Shown: in pieces, positions 1-8,374 of the stretch | How positions within the stretch are numbered: the first letter of the stretch is position 1 | Layout of the letters: the number at the start of each line of letters is the position of its first letter | Origin: Fidelibacterota bacterium | GTDB lineage: Bacteria; Fidelibacterota; Marinisomatia; Marinisomatales; TCS55 | Assembly (NCBI GenBank): GCA_046861385.1 | Contig: JBHHTW010000051.1 | Span: forward strand, 1 to 11,374 | Length of the DNA stretch: 11,374 bases | Reading direction: 5' to 3' | Made by a program: the position numbers and the translations under genes | Notes under the pieces: model-generated | The model's database searches: none | Seen by the model: only the letters and a program-made list of their open reading frames with translations | What the model was told of the DNA's origin: nothing

Positions 1-129
1 TGTGCTGATAAAGAGAAAACGAAAGTTGAATACGCCACCGCCGGATTAGACAATACGTTATTCGTTTCAAAATACCTTGTTGAGTTACCTGACAAGAAAG
101 AATTGGAAGCCCTGTTAAGGAAAAAATAA
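1..129 (+). CDS. 3' end (partial) of DUF1016/YhcG-family PD-(D/E)XK nuclease-domain protein
   Basis: Manual translation of frame 1 gives CADKEKTKVEYATAGLDNTLFVSKYLVELPDKKELEALLRKK* (TAA 127-129). This matches the recalled DUF1016 C-terminal pattern C..K....VEYA..G.DN.LFVSKY...LP...EL. The gene is truncated by the window edge and is not in the ORF track. Confidence 0.8.
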   Translation, partial: CADKEKTKVEYATAGLDNTLFVSKYLVELPDKKELEALLRKK

Positions 130-459
130 TGGATTATAACTCCGCAAAAAAAACTTATTAAAGACACATTTAATTATGTAAAACGTAAAGTATAATTAAT
201 TCAGAATATGACAAACACCATTTTTCAAATGAATGTTAAGATGGATAGAGTTAAAATTCAGTAGAGATTATTGAAATAACTGAGAGGATTATGAGCACAG
301 ATTTAGCATTATTTGTATTTAAAAAAAATACGACTATGAAAAAAAAGGACTGGATGAGGTGATTCCCATTATTAATAAAACCAAAATAGACCGAATTGTG
401 TATGAACATTAAGGGTTGATGTGCAATTTCAAATTGTAGAGGAAAGTGTTTATAATTAA
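129..459 (+). pseudogene. Degraded, internally deleted remnant of a type IIG/Eco57I-like restriction-modification (N6-adenine methylase fusion) gene
   Basis: ATG 129 overlaps the upstream stop (TAATG). Removing one A from the A8 run at 146-153 gives MDYNSAKKLIKDTFNY. Positions 386-421 read IDRIVYEH*GLM and 427-459 read FQIVEESVYN* in a shifted frame, resembling the recalled C-terminal motif IDRLVYELYGLTEEEIKIVEE. Multiple stops and frameshifts are present. Confidence 0.55.
428..456 (+). promoter_or_regulatory. Candidate sigma70-type promoter for the ORF6N gene
   Basis: TTCAAA (428-433), 17-bp spacer, perfect TATAAT (451-456), ending 25 bp upstream of ATG 482. The AT-rich background makes a chance match possible. 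Confidence 0.35.
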
Positions 460-481
460 GAATTACAAATTGGAATAAGGA

Positions 482-1023
482 ATGGACAATACGAAAAAAA
501 TAATGATACCCATTGAACAAATTTCCGGTAAAATCCTATTGATCCGAGGAAAAGAGGTAATTCTGGACAGAAATTTAGCGGAATTGTATGGTGTAGAAAC
601 AAAACGACTTAAAGAAGCTGTTCGAAGAAATATTGAACGTTTCCCATCTGATTTCATGTTTGAAATGAATGATAAGGAATTCAGGGATTGGAGGACGCAA
701 TTTGCGACCTCCAATTCTCAAAAGATGGGAGTAAGGTATAATATAAACCAATGGTTTTCACTGAACAGGGCGTGGCAATGCTATCATCTGTATTGAGGAG
801 CAAAAGAGCCGTCGAGGTGAATATTTTAATCATGAGAGCTTTTGTTCGGATGCGTGAATTGTTGTATTCGGATAATAACCTAGCTTTGAAAGTGGAAAAG
901 TTGGAAAAAGAAATGGAAACCCAAGGGAAATCACTACAGCAGGTGATTCAAATTATTAATCGATTATTAGAGCAACCGGAACCAGAACCGAAAAAAATGG
1001 GATTTAATGTCGAGGATAACTGA
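482..1023 (+). pseudogene. ORF6N-domain (KilA-N-like) DNA-binding protein, frameshifted into ORFs 482..796 and 751..1023
   Basis: The N-half (IRGKEVILDRNLAELYGVETKRLKEAVRRNIERFPSDFMF) and C-half (FTEQGVAMLSSVLRSKRAVEVNILIMRAFV...KKMGF) are both typical ORF6N segments. Deleting one TATAA of the tandem copy at 737-746 restores MGVRYKPMVFTEQG and a 178-aa ORF. Confidence 0.88.
737..746 (+). repeat. 5-bp tandem duplication TATAA-TATAA causing the ORF6N frameshift
   Basis: The sequence reads gtaagg TATAA TATAA accaatg; removing one copy joins the two reading frames. Confidence 0.8.
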
Positions 1024-1112
1024 TCCTAAAAGCGGTACCTTAATTTTGGTATTTAAGCAGGGAAATTATATTTTTTAGAAAAATTTATTTAAGTCACATT
1101 AATAAGCCTACT

Positions 1113-1128
1113 TGTTTCACGGAAAACT
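1113..1128. promoter_or_regulatory. Degenerate parS-like site upstream of parA
   Basis: TGTTTCACGGAAAACT matches the parS consensus TGTTTCACGTGAAACA at 13/16 positions with one perfect half-site, and ends 56 bp upstream of parA. Confidence 0.5.
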
Positions 1129-1184
1129 CTACTCCTAAATTATAGAGTTTCTTTCATGATGAATAATATCACATACCCAGAACC

Positions 1185-1952
1185 ATGTCAAAAATTATAG
1201 CGCTCACAAACCAGAAAGGCGGTGTCGGAAAAACGACGTCGGCTGTGAATATTGCCGTGAGCCTCGCGGTATCCGAAGAAAAGACGTTGCTGATTGATTT
1301 GGACCCTCAAGCCAATACCACCACAGGTGTATCTAATTTGATAGAGGATGAAAATAAAAAAACCATCTATGATGTGCTGATACGAGATACGGACATCAAT
1401 GATGCTATCATCAAAACGCAATTTAATTATTTAGATATCGTTACATCGAATAGCGATTTAGTTGGTGCGGAAGTTGAATTAGTGAGCCTGATTGCCAGGG
1501 AATATCAATTAAAAACAGCCTTTGAATCAATAAAACAGAAGTACAAATATATCTTGATTGATTGTCCCCCATCGCTTGGATTGTTAACGGTCAATGCGCT
1601 CACAGCTGCAAAGTCAATTATTATTCCAATCCAAAGTGAGTATTATGCTCTTGAAGGACTTGGTCAGCTGTTGAATACCATAAGACTCGTCCAGCGTAAT
1701 TTGAATGAAAAATTGCAAATAGAAGGTGTATTATTGACTATGTTTGACAGCCGTTTGAATTTATCTAAACAAGTGGCGGAAGAAATAAAAAGTTATTTCG
1801 GAGATAAATTGTTCAAAACAATCATTCATCGTAATGTCCGTTTAGGTGAGGCTCCCAGTTTTGGCAAACCGGCATTGCTGTATGATGCCAATTCAGTGGG
1901 AGCCAGAGATTACATGGATTTAGTAGAGGAGATTTTAGACAGTGGTAACTAA
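1185..1952 (+). CDS. parA: Chromosome partitioning ATPase ParA/Soj
   Basis: Deviant Walker A NQKGGVGKTT, LLIDLDPQAN, YILIDCPPSLGLLT, EYYALEG and RNVRLGEAPSFGKP motifs; 255 aa. Confidence 0.97.
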   Translation: MSKIIALTNQKGGVGKTTSAVNIAVSLAVSEEKTLLIDLDPQANTTTGVSNLIEDENKKTIYDVLIRDTDINDAIIKTQFNYLDIVTSNSDLVGAEVELVSLIAREYQLKTAFESIKQKYKYILIDCPPSLGLLTVNALTAAKSIIIPIQSEYYALEGLGQLLNTIRLVQRNLNEKLQIEGVLLTMFDSRLNLSKQVAEEIKSYFGDKLFKTIIHRNVRLGEAPSFGKPALLYDANSVGARDYMDLVEEILDSGN

Positions 1953-2808
1953 ACGGCTAGGGAAAGGGCTTGAAGCCCTCATCAGACCTTTCGAGGAAAC
2001 GCAAGCTGAAAAACCATCCGGCATAACTGAAGTCCTCATTTCCAAAATTAAGGCCAATCCAAATCAGCCCCGGAAAGATGGATTTGACAAAGTGAGTTTA
2101 GGTGAACTAGCTGCATCTATAAAGGAAAAAGGAATTATTACTCCCATTACGGTTCAGGAAATAGATAATGGCTATATGCTCGTGGCGGGTGAACGGCGAT
2201 GGCGTGCCTCCAAAATTGCCGGATTGAAAAAAATACCGGCCTATATCCTAAAAGTTGCCGACGAGGCGGAGTTAATGGAATTGGGATTGATTGAAAATAT
2301 TCAACGGGAAAACTTAAACGCCATTGAAGAAGCGGAAGCCTATGCTGTTTTGCAGAATGAGTTTAAATTAAATCAATCCACTATTGCGAAAGCAGTGGGT
2401 AAAAAAAGAGTCACGATATCGAATTCCCTTCGTTTATTGAATTTGCCGGCTGAGATAAAAAGCAGTCTGAGAAAAGGTGAAATCAGTGCCGGCCACGGAC
2501 GGGCTATTCTGGCCATGAAAACGCCAACGTCACAGGGAAAATTGTGGGACAGAATTATTCAAGAGAAATTGAGTGTCCGGGCGGCCGAAGATATTGTCAA
2601 AGGAAAAGCTGCAGCTCATTTAAAAAAGAAGAAAAGGCCTATTCGTAAACCTACCGCAGCTGTAAGAACGTTGGAAAATGAATTAATCGGACTCCTCGGA
2701 ACAAAAATTCGTATTTATCATAAAGGTAAATCCGGCAGAATAGAAATAGAATATTTTTCAGATGATGATTTGGAACGAATATTGGATCTTCTTCGAACAA
2801 TACAATAA
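1942..2808 (+). CDS. parB: Chromosome partitioning CTPase ParB/Spo0J
   Basis: N-terminal LGKGLEALI ParA-interaction peptide, NPNQPRK, AGERRWRA CTP-binding arginine patch, IENIQRENL, HTH region GKKRVTISNSLRLL and ISAGHGRAIL. GTG start with GAGGAG at 1926-1931; overlaps the parA stop. Confidence 0.97.
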   Translation: MVTKRLGKGLEALIRPFEETQAEKPSGITEVLISKIKANPNQPRKDGFDKVSLGELAASIKEKGIITPITVQEIDNGYMLVAGERRWRASKIAGLKKIPAYILKVADEAELMELGLIENIQRENLNAIEEAEAYAVLQNEFKLNQSTIAKAVGKKRVTISNSLRLLNLPAEIKSSLRKGEISAGHGRAILAMKTPTSQGKLWDRIIQEKLSVRAAEDIVKGKAAAHLKKKKRPIRKPTAAVRTLENELIGLLGTKIRIYHKGKSGRIEIEYFSDDDLERILDLLRTIQ

Positions 2809-2811
2809 ATA

Positions 2812-3582
2812 ATGAAATCAACTCGGTATACAATTCATATAATCCCGGATAATGTTGATGGACAAAAAAGTTTTTCCATCAGTCGCTTTTGGATTTGGAT
2901 TTTAAGCCTACTATTTTTTGTATTTATGTTGAGTATTGGAACTGGCCTTTGGTATTATGTTCCCCGAATTACAAAATTTCATGAAAAGGATCACCAATAT
3001 GAAAAAATGCTTTCAGAGCGGACTCAAGTATTGGAACTATACCGCAATCTGAATCGATTGGGTCAAATGGAGGAAATCATACGAACGAATTTAGGTGTTG
3101 TGGACGGTGGAGAACTCGGGGTCAATCCGTTTGCAGAAAAAGAATTTACAATTTCTTATGTTGAAAATATTCCATCCCAAGCGCCAGTTGACGGGTTTAT
3201 GACTCAACGAATGATGGATAATTCTCACGTTTGGCAGAAAAATCATTATGGTATCGATATTGCGGTAAGTGAAGGAGAACCGGTGTTGGCTGCTGCCAGC
3301 GGACGAATTATTTTTTCCGGATGGACCTATAATTTGGGAAATTTAATTATTATTTATCATGGTGATGGCTATTTTACCCATTATGGCCACCATCAATTAA
3401 ATCTGATGCAGACCCATGGAATTGTAAAGCGAGGAGATGTTATTGCCTTATCGGGTAGTACAGGTATATCTTCCGGTCCGCATTTACACTTTGAAATTTG
3501 GAAAAATGGAAGGGTTATTGATCCTTTGGAATTTTTTCCTGAATACAAAAAGAAGGATTTGAGTGTGAACAAAAATGGCTAA
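2812..3582 (+). CDS. Membrane-anchored M23 (LytM-type) metalloendopeptidase
   Basis: Short N-terminal segment, one TM helix (FWIWILSLLFFVFMLSIGTGLWYY), helical linker, and Zn motifs HYGID (HxxxD) and GPHLHFEI (HxH). Confidence 0.92.
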   Translation: MKSTRYTIHIIPDNVDGQKSFSISRFWIWILSLLFFVFMLSIGTGLWYYVPRITKFHEKDHQYEKMLSERTQVLELYRNLNRLGQMEEIIRTNLGVVDGGELGVNPFAEKEFTISYVENIPSQAPVDGFMTQRMMDNSHVWQKNHYGIDIAVSEGEPVLAAASGRIIFSGWTYNLGNLIIIYHGDGYFTHYGHHQLNLMQTHGIVKRGDVIALSGSTGISSGPHLHFEIWKNGRVIDPLEFFPEYKKKDLSVNKNG

Positions 3583-3982
3583 AATAAATTTTCAGAATAT
3601 GAATAGTATGGTGGGTTTGGATGCAACAGTGAATGGTAATATCAAACTTGACGAAGGTATTATTATTTATGGAACCGTTTTCGGCACGATTGAAACCAAT
3701 GGTGCAGTAAGGATTTCCAGATCTGGTAAGGTTCGCGGTAATATTGTTTGCAGTGATATTCACATCGGTGGTGTGGTTGAGGGAAATGTTGTTGTTGAAA
3801 ATCGTGCGGTGCTTGGAGATGCGTCGAATTTAGATGGTGATTTGACATATAAAACGCTCATTATCGAAGAAGGCGCACAATTCCAGGGGCAATGTATGAT
3901 ATTGGGGACTGACCAGTTAATCCAGGGAAATTCTATTAAAGAGACAGATCCTGCCGGCGATTCATTATCAGTTAATGAATGA
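3575..3982 (+). CDS. Bactofilin (polymer-forming cytoskeletal protein, CcmA family)
   Basis: Beta-helical repeats (ATVNGNI, GTVFGTI, GKVRGNI, GVVEGNV, LDGDLTYKTLIIEEGAQFQGQC); overlaps the M23 gene stop. Confidence 0.93.
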   Translation: MAKINFQNMNSMVGLDATVNGNIKLDEGIIIYGTVFGTIETNGAVRISRSGKVRGNIVCSDIHIGGVVEGNVVVENRAVLGDASNLDGDLTYKTLIIEEGAQFQGQCMILGTDQLIQGNSIKETDPAGDSLSVNE

Positions 3983-4217
3983 CAACAGGAACGAGTTTCT
4001 TGCTCGTTCGATGCAGTATTTTCAAAAAATTGTCAAGGATTCCGGCCCGGCTGCCGCAGCATCATATTCATTAATTGGCGGCGTAATCATTTTCGTACTG
4101 CTTGGATATTTTTTGGATGAATGGCTGAATACAAAACCATGGCTAATGTTGATTGGTTTGACAATCGGTTTGTCAGCTGGATTTTATGAAATAGCTAAAA
4201 CAATCTGGCACAAATAA
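3975..4217 (+). CDS. AtpZ/AtpI-family (ATPase gene 1) small membrane protein
   Basis: Two TM helices with the LGYFLDEWLNTKPWLMLIGL signature (G..LD....T.PW); lies upstream of the atp genes. Confidence 0.85.
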   Translation: MNDNRNEFLARSMQYFQKIVKDSGPAAAASYSLIGGVIIFVLLGYFLDEWLNTKPWLMLIGLTIGLSAGFYEIAKTIWHK

Positions 4218-4219
4218 CG

Positions 4220-4585
4220 ATGTCAGCCATAAAATTTGCCATATTCATCAGTCTATTTTGTTTAGGAACTTTTGGACTCATTGTCGGGGGAATGGAATCT
4301 AATTACAGAGAAATATTTCTGGGTATGATTGCACCGTTAATTATAGGGATTGTGTCCATACTGTTTATATCTGATGTTCAGAAAAAGTCACCAGAAAAAG
4401 TAACAAATATCTTAATAAAAACCTTTCTAGTTAAAATGATTTTCTACGGTGTATATTTTATATATATTTTTACTTTTTACACTTTTAATCCAAAGCCATT
4501 TATTATTAGCTTCACCGGCTATTTTTTAACACTTCACGTAAGTGAAGCGTTGTTTTTAAAAACTATATTTACAAACAAACAATAA
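4220..4585 (+). CDS. AtpI-like four-TM membrane protein (ATP synthase accessory)
   Basis: 121 aa with four hydrophobic segments, located directly before atpB. The family call rests on position and hydropathy. Confidence 0.65.
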   Translation: MSAIKFAIFISLFCLGTFGLIVGGMESNYREIFLGMIAPLIIGIVSILFISDVQKKSPEKVTNILIKTFLVKMIFYGVYFIYIFTFYTFNPKPFIISFTGYFLTLHVSEALFLKTIFTNKQ

Positions 4586-4601
4586 TTTCAACTTTTTCAG
4601 A

Positions 4602-5537
4602 ATGAGTGTAGCAGCAGAGCAAATCAACGGAGCGGGCGGGAGTGTGTTAGAGCAGGTTGGTGATAATATTATACATCATGTATCCAACAGTTCATTAGAC
4701 CATCCCATTATTCACTTCCCATCCATATTTGGAATAGATTTTTCTGTTACAAAGCATGTTTTGATGCTTTGGGTTGTGTTTGCACTGGTGTGCTGTGCGA
4801 TTATCATCCCTGTCAGACTCTATTTAAAACAGGAAAAAGCCATCCCCTCCGGGTGGATGAATGCCTTGGAGATGGTTATAAAATTTATTCGTGATTCTAT
4901 TGTTAAACCCAATGTCGGATCGAAATATACTGATACATGGGCACCCATTATTTTTACTTTTTTCTTTTTTATTCTTTTTGCCAATGGAATTGGACTTTTA
5001 CCTGTATTTGATATCATCGGCTCAGTCAACCGATTCATATTTCAAGTACCGGCCTCCGAACATCATAATTTTGTGAACACTCTTTTGCATGGTGGCTCTA
5101 CTGTCACCGGTAATTTCAACGTGACCGCAGGTCTGGCTATCATAACATTTATTTCAATCATGATTGCCGGAACAAAAGCACATGGTTTTTTAACCCATTG
5201 GAAAAATTTGGTACCCCACGGATTGGCATGGCCAGTCTACATCATTCTCATTCCGATTGAAATTATTGGTCTGTTCGTAAAACCGTTTGCATTAACGATG
5301 CGGTTGGCGGCCAATATGACCGGTGGACATATTGCAATATTAGCTATTTTATCATTTATGGCCATATTCGCAGATATGTTTCATAGTGTGTTTGCCGGTA
5401 TTGGGATTTCGTTTGTATCTATACCCATGGCAGTCGCTATTAATGGGTTGGAAATAATCGTTGTATTGGTACAAGCATACGTTTTTACATTATTGTCATC
5501 GGTATTTATTGGGATGGCAATTAACGTTCATCATTAA
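4602..5537 (+). CDS. atpB: F0F1 ATP synthase subunit a
   Basis: DFSVTKHV, TFFFFILFANGIGLLP, KPFALTMRLAANMTGGH (essential Arg) and LVQAYVFTLLS motifs. Confidence 0.97.
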   Translation: MSVAAEQINGAGGSVLEQVGDNIIHHVSNSSLDHPIIHFPSIFGIDFSVTKHVLMLWVVFALVCCAIIIPVRLYLKQEKAIPSGWMNALEMVIKFIRDSIVKPNVGSKYTDTWAPIIFTFFFFILFANGIGLLPVFDIIGSVNRFIFQVPASEHHNFVNTLLHGGSTVTGNFNVTAGLAIITFISIMIAGTKAHGFLTHWKNLVPHGLAWPVYIILIPIEIIGLFVKPFALTMRLAANMTGGHIAILAILSFMAIFADMFHSVFAGIGISFVSIPMAVAINGLEIIVVLVQAYVFTLLSSVFIGMAINVHH

Positions 5538-5562
5538 ATAAACAGTTAAGGAGAAACAAACG

Positions 5563-5787
5563 ATGGAAAATCTACAGTACTTTGGTGCCGGTCTTGGTTT
5601 GGGAGCTATTGTAATTGGTGCCGGTCTTGGCATTGGTCGTCTGGCTGCAGCAGCCGCAGATGGAATTGCCCGCCAGCCTGAAGCATCAGATAAAATTACA
5701 GGTGCAGTTAACCTGCCTTTATTCCTGCTAGAAGGTGTTGCCATTTTAGGGGAAGTATTTGCCCTGTTAATTGTGTTAATGAAATAA
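5563..5787 (+). CDS. atpE: F0F1 ATP synthase subunit c
   Basis: GxGxGxG helix, ARQPEA loop, essential Glu57 (LLEGVA); RBS AAGGAG at 5548-5553. Confidence 0.97.
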   Translation: MENLQYFGAGLGLGAIVIGAGLGIGRLAAAAADGIARQPEASDKITGAVNLPLFLLEGVAILGEVFALLIVLMK

Positions 5788-5806
5788 TAACCTTTAAGGA
5801 TATTTC

Positions 5807-6310
5807 ATGAATAACCCATTAGTCCAGCTTGATCCGGGACTATTCGTCTGGACCATTCTGACATTTTTACTGCTTTTGTATGTCTTGGCGAAATTTGCCT
5901 GGAAACCATTGCTGAAAATGCTGAATGACCGAGAGGAATTAATCCGGTCTTCGTTGGAAGATGCCGAAAAAGCAAAAGGTGAACTGGAACGATTAAATAC
6001 GGAAGGTGAAGCCATTATCAACCAGGCTCGATCAGAAGCGCAATCGATTTTATCTGAAGGTAAAGCAGCTGCGTCAAAATTGAAAGATGAAACACTGGAA
6101 ACGGCCAAAGAACATGCAAAAAAAATCGTCACAGACGCTGAAAAACAAATAACCATTGAGAGAGATAAAGCTATTGCTGAAATCAAAGGAGAAGTGGTCA
6201 ACATTTCTCTTGCAGTGGCTGAAAAACTCATCCGGAAAAATCTATCTTCGGAAGATAATCAAACGCTAATTGATCAATCTCTCGCCCGGTTAAAGGATTA
6301 TGAGGCATAA
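5807..6310 (+). CDS. atpF: F0F1 ATP synthase subunit b
   Basis: PGLFVWTILTFLLLLYVLAKFAWKPLL TM anchor followed by REELI and a long coiled coil. Confidence 0.96.
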   Translation: MNNPLVQLDPGLFVWTILTFLLLLYVLAKFAWKPLLKMLNDREELIRSSLEDAEKAKGELERLNTEGEAIINQARSEAQSILSEGKAAASKLKDETLETAKEHAKKIVTDAEKQITIERDKAIAEIKGEVVNISLAVAEKLIRKNLSSEDNQTLIDQSLARLKDYEA

Positions 6311-6827
6311 ACAGCAGTCAAAAAACTTAGCGTCTATTTTGCTGGAAACAGCTAAAGATGCCGGCGGTGAAGTCAATAAATCTCTTCAGCGAATAGATAC
6401 ATTGCTGAAAAAAGATGCACAATTCAAATCTTTATTTCTGTCTAAACGCATTTCGCTTGAACAGAAGGTAGACATATTTCGATCTGCATTGACCAATGTT
6501 TGTCATCCGATTGTCATAGAATTTTTAGCTTTAATCGCCAAAGAAAGATCTGTTCAATTAATTCATCGGGTAGCTAAAACATTCAACCGTATCTACAAAG
6601 AAAATAAAGGAATAGTCTCTGTGACTGCGCATTTGGCAAATACCATGGAAACAGAAGAAAAAAACCTGTTTCATGTTCACCTTGAAAATTTATTGTCTAA
6701 GAAAGTTGATCTGGAAATTCAGTTGGATGAAAACCTATTAGGCGGTCTCAAGTTAAGAATTGAAAACACGTTTTTGGATGGGTCTTTGCAAAACAATTTA
6801 AATCGTTTGCGCAGAGAACTTATGTAA
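6300..6827 (+). CDS. atpH: F1 ATP synthase subunit delta
   Basis: C-terminal LDENLLGGLKLRIENTFLDGSLQNNL motif; positioned between atpF and atpA and overlapping the atpF stop. Confidence 0.93.
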   Translation: MRHKQQSKNLASILLETAKDAGGEVNKSLQRIDTLLKKDAQFKSLFLSKRISLEQKVDIFRSALTNVCHPIVIEFLALIAKERSVQLIHRVAKTFNRIYKENKGIVSVTAHLANTMETEEKNLFHVHLENLLSKKVDLEIQLDENLLGGLKLRIENTFLDGSLQNNLNRLRRELM

Positions 6828-6848
6828 ATCCGGAAACAAGGAAAAATA

Positions 6849-8372
6849 ATGGAAATAAAAACGGAAAATATTACTGAATTGCTCAAGCAACAGATAGAAA
6901 AATTTAATGTATCTGTTGATGTATCTGAAGTGGGAGAAGTTATCGAAATAGGTGATGGTGTTGCCCGCGTCAGTGGATTGGAAAATGTCATGAGTTCCGA
7001 ATTAGTGGAGCTACCAAATGATGTATTTGGTATGGCTCTGAATTTGGAAGACGATAATGTCGGCTTGGTTCTTTTTGGTGAGAGCAGCAAAGTGAAAGAA
7101 GGTGATTTAGCCAAACGGACGAAACGAGTTGTGGAAGTTCCTGTTGGAAAAAGTATGTTAGGACGTGTGGTAAATCCCCTCGGGCAGCCGGTGGACGGTA
7201 AAGGCCCCATAGAGGCGAAAGATTTTCTACCCATTGAACGAAAAGCTTTGGGTGTGATGCAGCGTCAGCCGGTAACGCAGCCCCTTCAGTCTGGTATAAA
7301 AGCAATTGATTCAATGATCCCCATCGGTCGCGGCCAGAGAGAATTAATTATTGGTGACAGACAAACGGGTAAAACAGCCATCGCCATTGATACGATTATA
7401 AATCAAAAATATACTCATAAAACTAATGAACCGGTTTATTGTATCTATGTTGCTATTGGTCAGAAGGCGTCTACTGTTGCTTCTCTGGTTAGCGAATTAG
7501 AAGCCAACGGTGCCATGGAATTTACTACTGTCGTTACAGCCAATGCTTCCGACCCGGCTCCGACACAATATATTGCTCCTTATGCCGGCTGCGCTATGGG
7601 TGAATATTTTCGAGATAATGGTCAACATGCCTTAATTATTTATGATGATTTATCCAAGCAAGCTGTAGCTTATCGACAAATGTCTCTCGTCCTTCGCCGA
7701 CCTCCCGGTCGTGAAGCTTTCCCGGGAGATGTATTTTATTTGCATAGCCGCTTGCTGGAAAGGTCTTCCAAACTTTCAAATGATTTGGGTGGAGGTTCAT
7801 TGACAGCACTGCCAATTATTGAAACACAGGAAGGAGATGTTTCTGCTTATATACCAACAAATGTAATTTCCATCACTGACGGTCAAATTTACCTGGAAAC
7901 CAATCTGTTTAATTCAGGTATCCGTCCCGCCATTGACGTGGGTCTTTCCGTTTCCCGTGTAGGTGGAAATGCCCAGATAAAGGCCATGAAAAGTGTGGCA
8001 GGAACCCTCCGTCTTGACTTGGCCCAATATCGCGAACTGGAAGCATTTGCCAAATTTGGTTCTGATTTGGATAAAGCCACTCAAGCACAGTTGACTCGTG
8101 GTGGACGTATGGTAGAAATTTTAAAACAAGATCAATATGTTCCCATGGAGGTGGCAAAGCAGATTGCCATTATTTTTACGGCCGCAAATAGCCATTTGGA
8201 TGATATTCCACTGGAAAGAATCAGTGAATTTGAAAAAAACTTTTTTGATTATTTGGACGCAAATAATTCAAATGAATTAAATGCCATTACTGCTGAAGGA
8301 AAAATAAGCAAGGAAGTCGAAACAAAACTGAATGAAGCCATCCTTGCATTTAAAGGAGGATTCATCGCCTAA
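6849..8372 (+). CDS. atpA: F1 ATP synthase subunit alpha
   Basis: GDGVARV, Walker [32 protein letters not shown] and [12 protein letters not shown] motifs. Confidence 0.99.
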   Translation: MEIKTENITELLKQQIEKFNVSVDVSEVGEVIEIGDGVARVSGLENVMSSELVELPNDVFGMALNLEDDNVGLVLFGESSKVKEGDLAKRTKRVVEVPVGKSMLGRVVNPLGQPVDGKGPIEAKDFLPIERKALGVMQRQPVTQPLQSGIKAIDSMIPIGRGQRELIIGDRQTGKTAIAIDTIINQKYTHKTNEPVYCIYVAIGQKASTVASLVSELEANGAMEFTTVVTANASDPAPTQYIAPYAGCAMGEYFRDNGQHALIIYDDLSKQAVAYRQMSLVLRRPPGREAFPGDVFYLHSRLLERSSKLSNDLGGGSLTALPIIETQEGDVSAYIPTNVISITDGQIYLETNLFNSGIRPAIDVGLSVSRVGGNAQIKAMKSVAGTLRLDLAQYRELEAFAKFGSDLDKATQAQLTRGGRMVEILKQDQYVPMEVAKQIAIIFTAANSHLDDIPLERISEFEKNFFDYLDANNSNELNAITAEGKISKEVETKLNEAILAFKGGFIA

Positions 8373-8374
8373 CC

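Noticed and set aside
397-455. DnaA-box-like 9-mers (TGTGTATGA 397-405, TGTTTATAA 447-455) suggesting oriC
   Set aside because: Only two one-mismatch boxes in AT-rich DNA, both inside the RM-remnant coding pattern; there is no box cluster.
251-714. Minus-strand ORFs 251..520 and 463..714
   Set aside because: No recognisable motifs, and they are antisense to the RM remnant and the ORF6N gene, which explain the region better.
482-1023. Programmed ribosomal frameshift joining the two ORF6N halves
   Set aside because: No canonical slippery heptamer or stimulatory structure is apparent at the junction; the 5-bp duplication is a simpler explanation.
4532-4547. CTTCAC-GTAA-GTGAAG small hairpin near the end of the atpI-like gene
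   Set aside because: A 6-bp stem inside a CDS is expected by chance, and nothing else supports a function.
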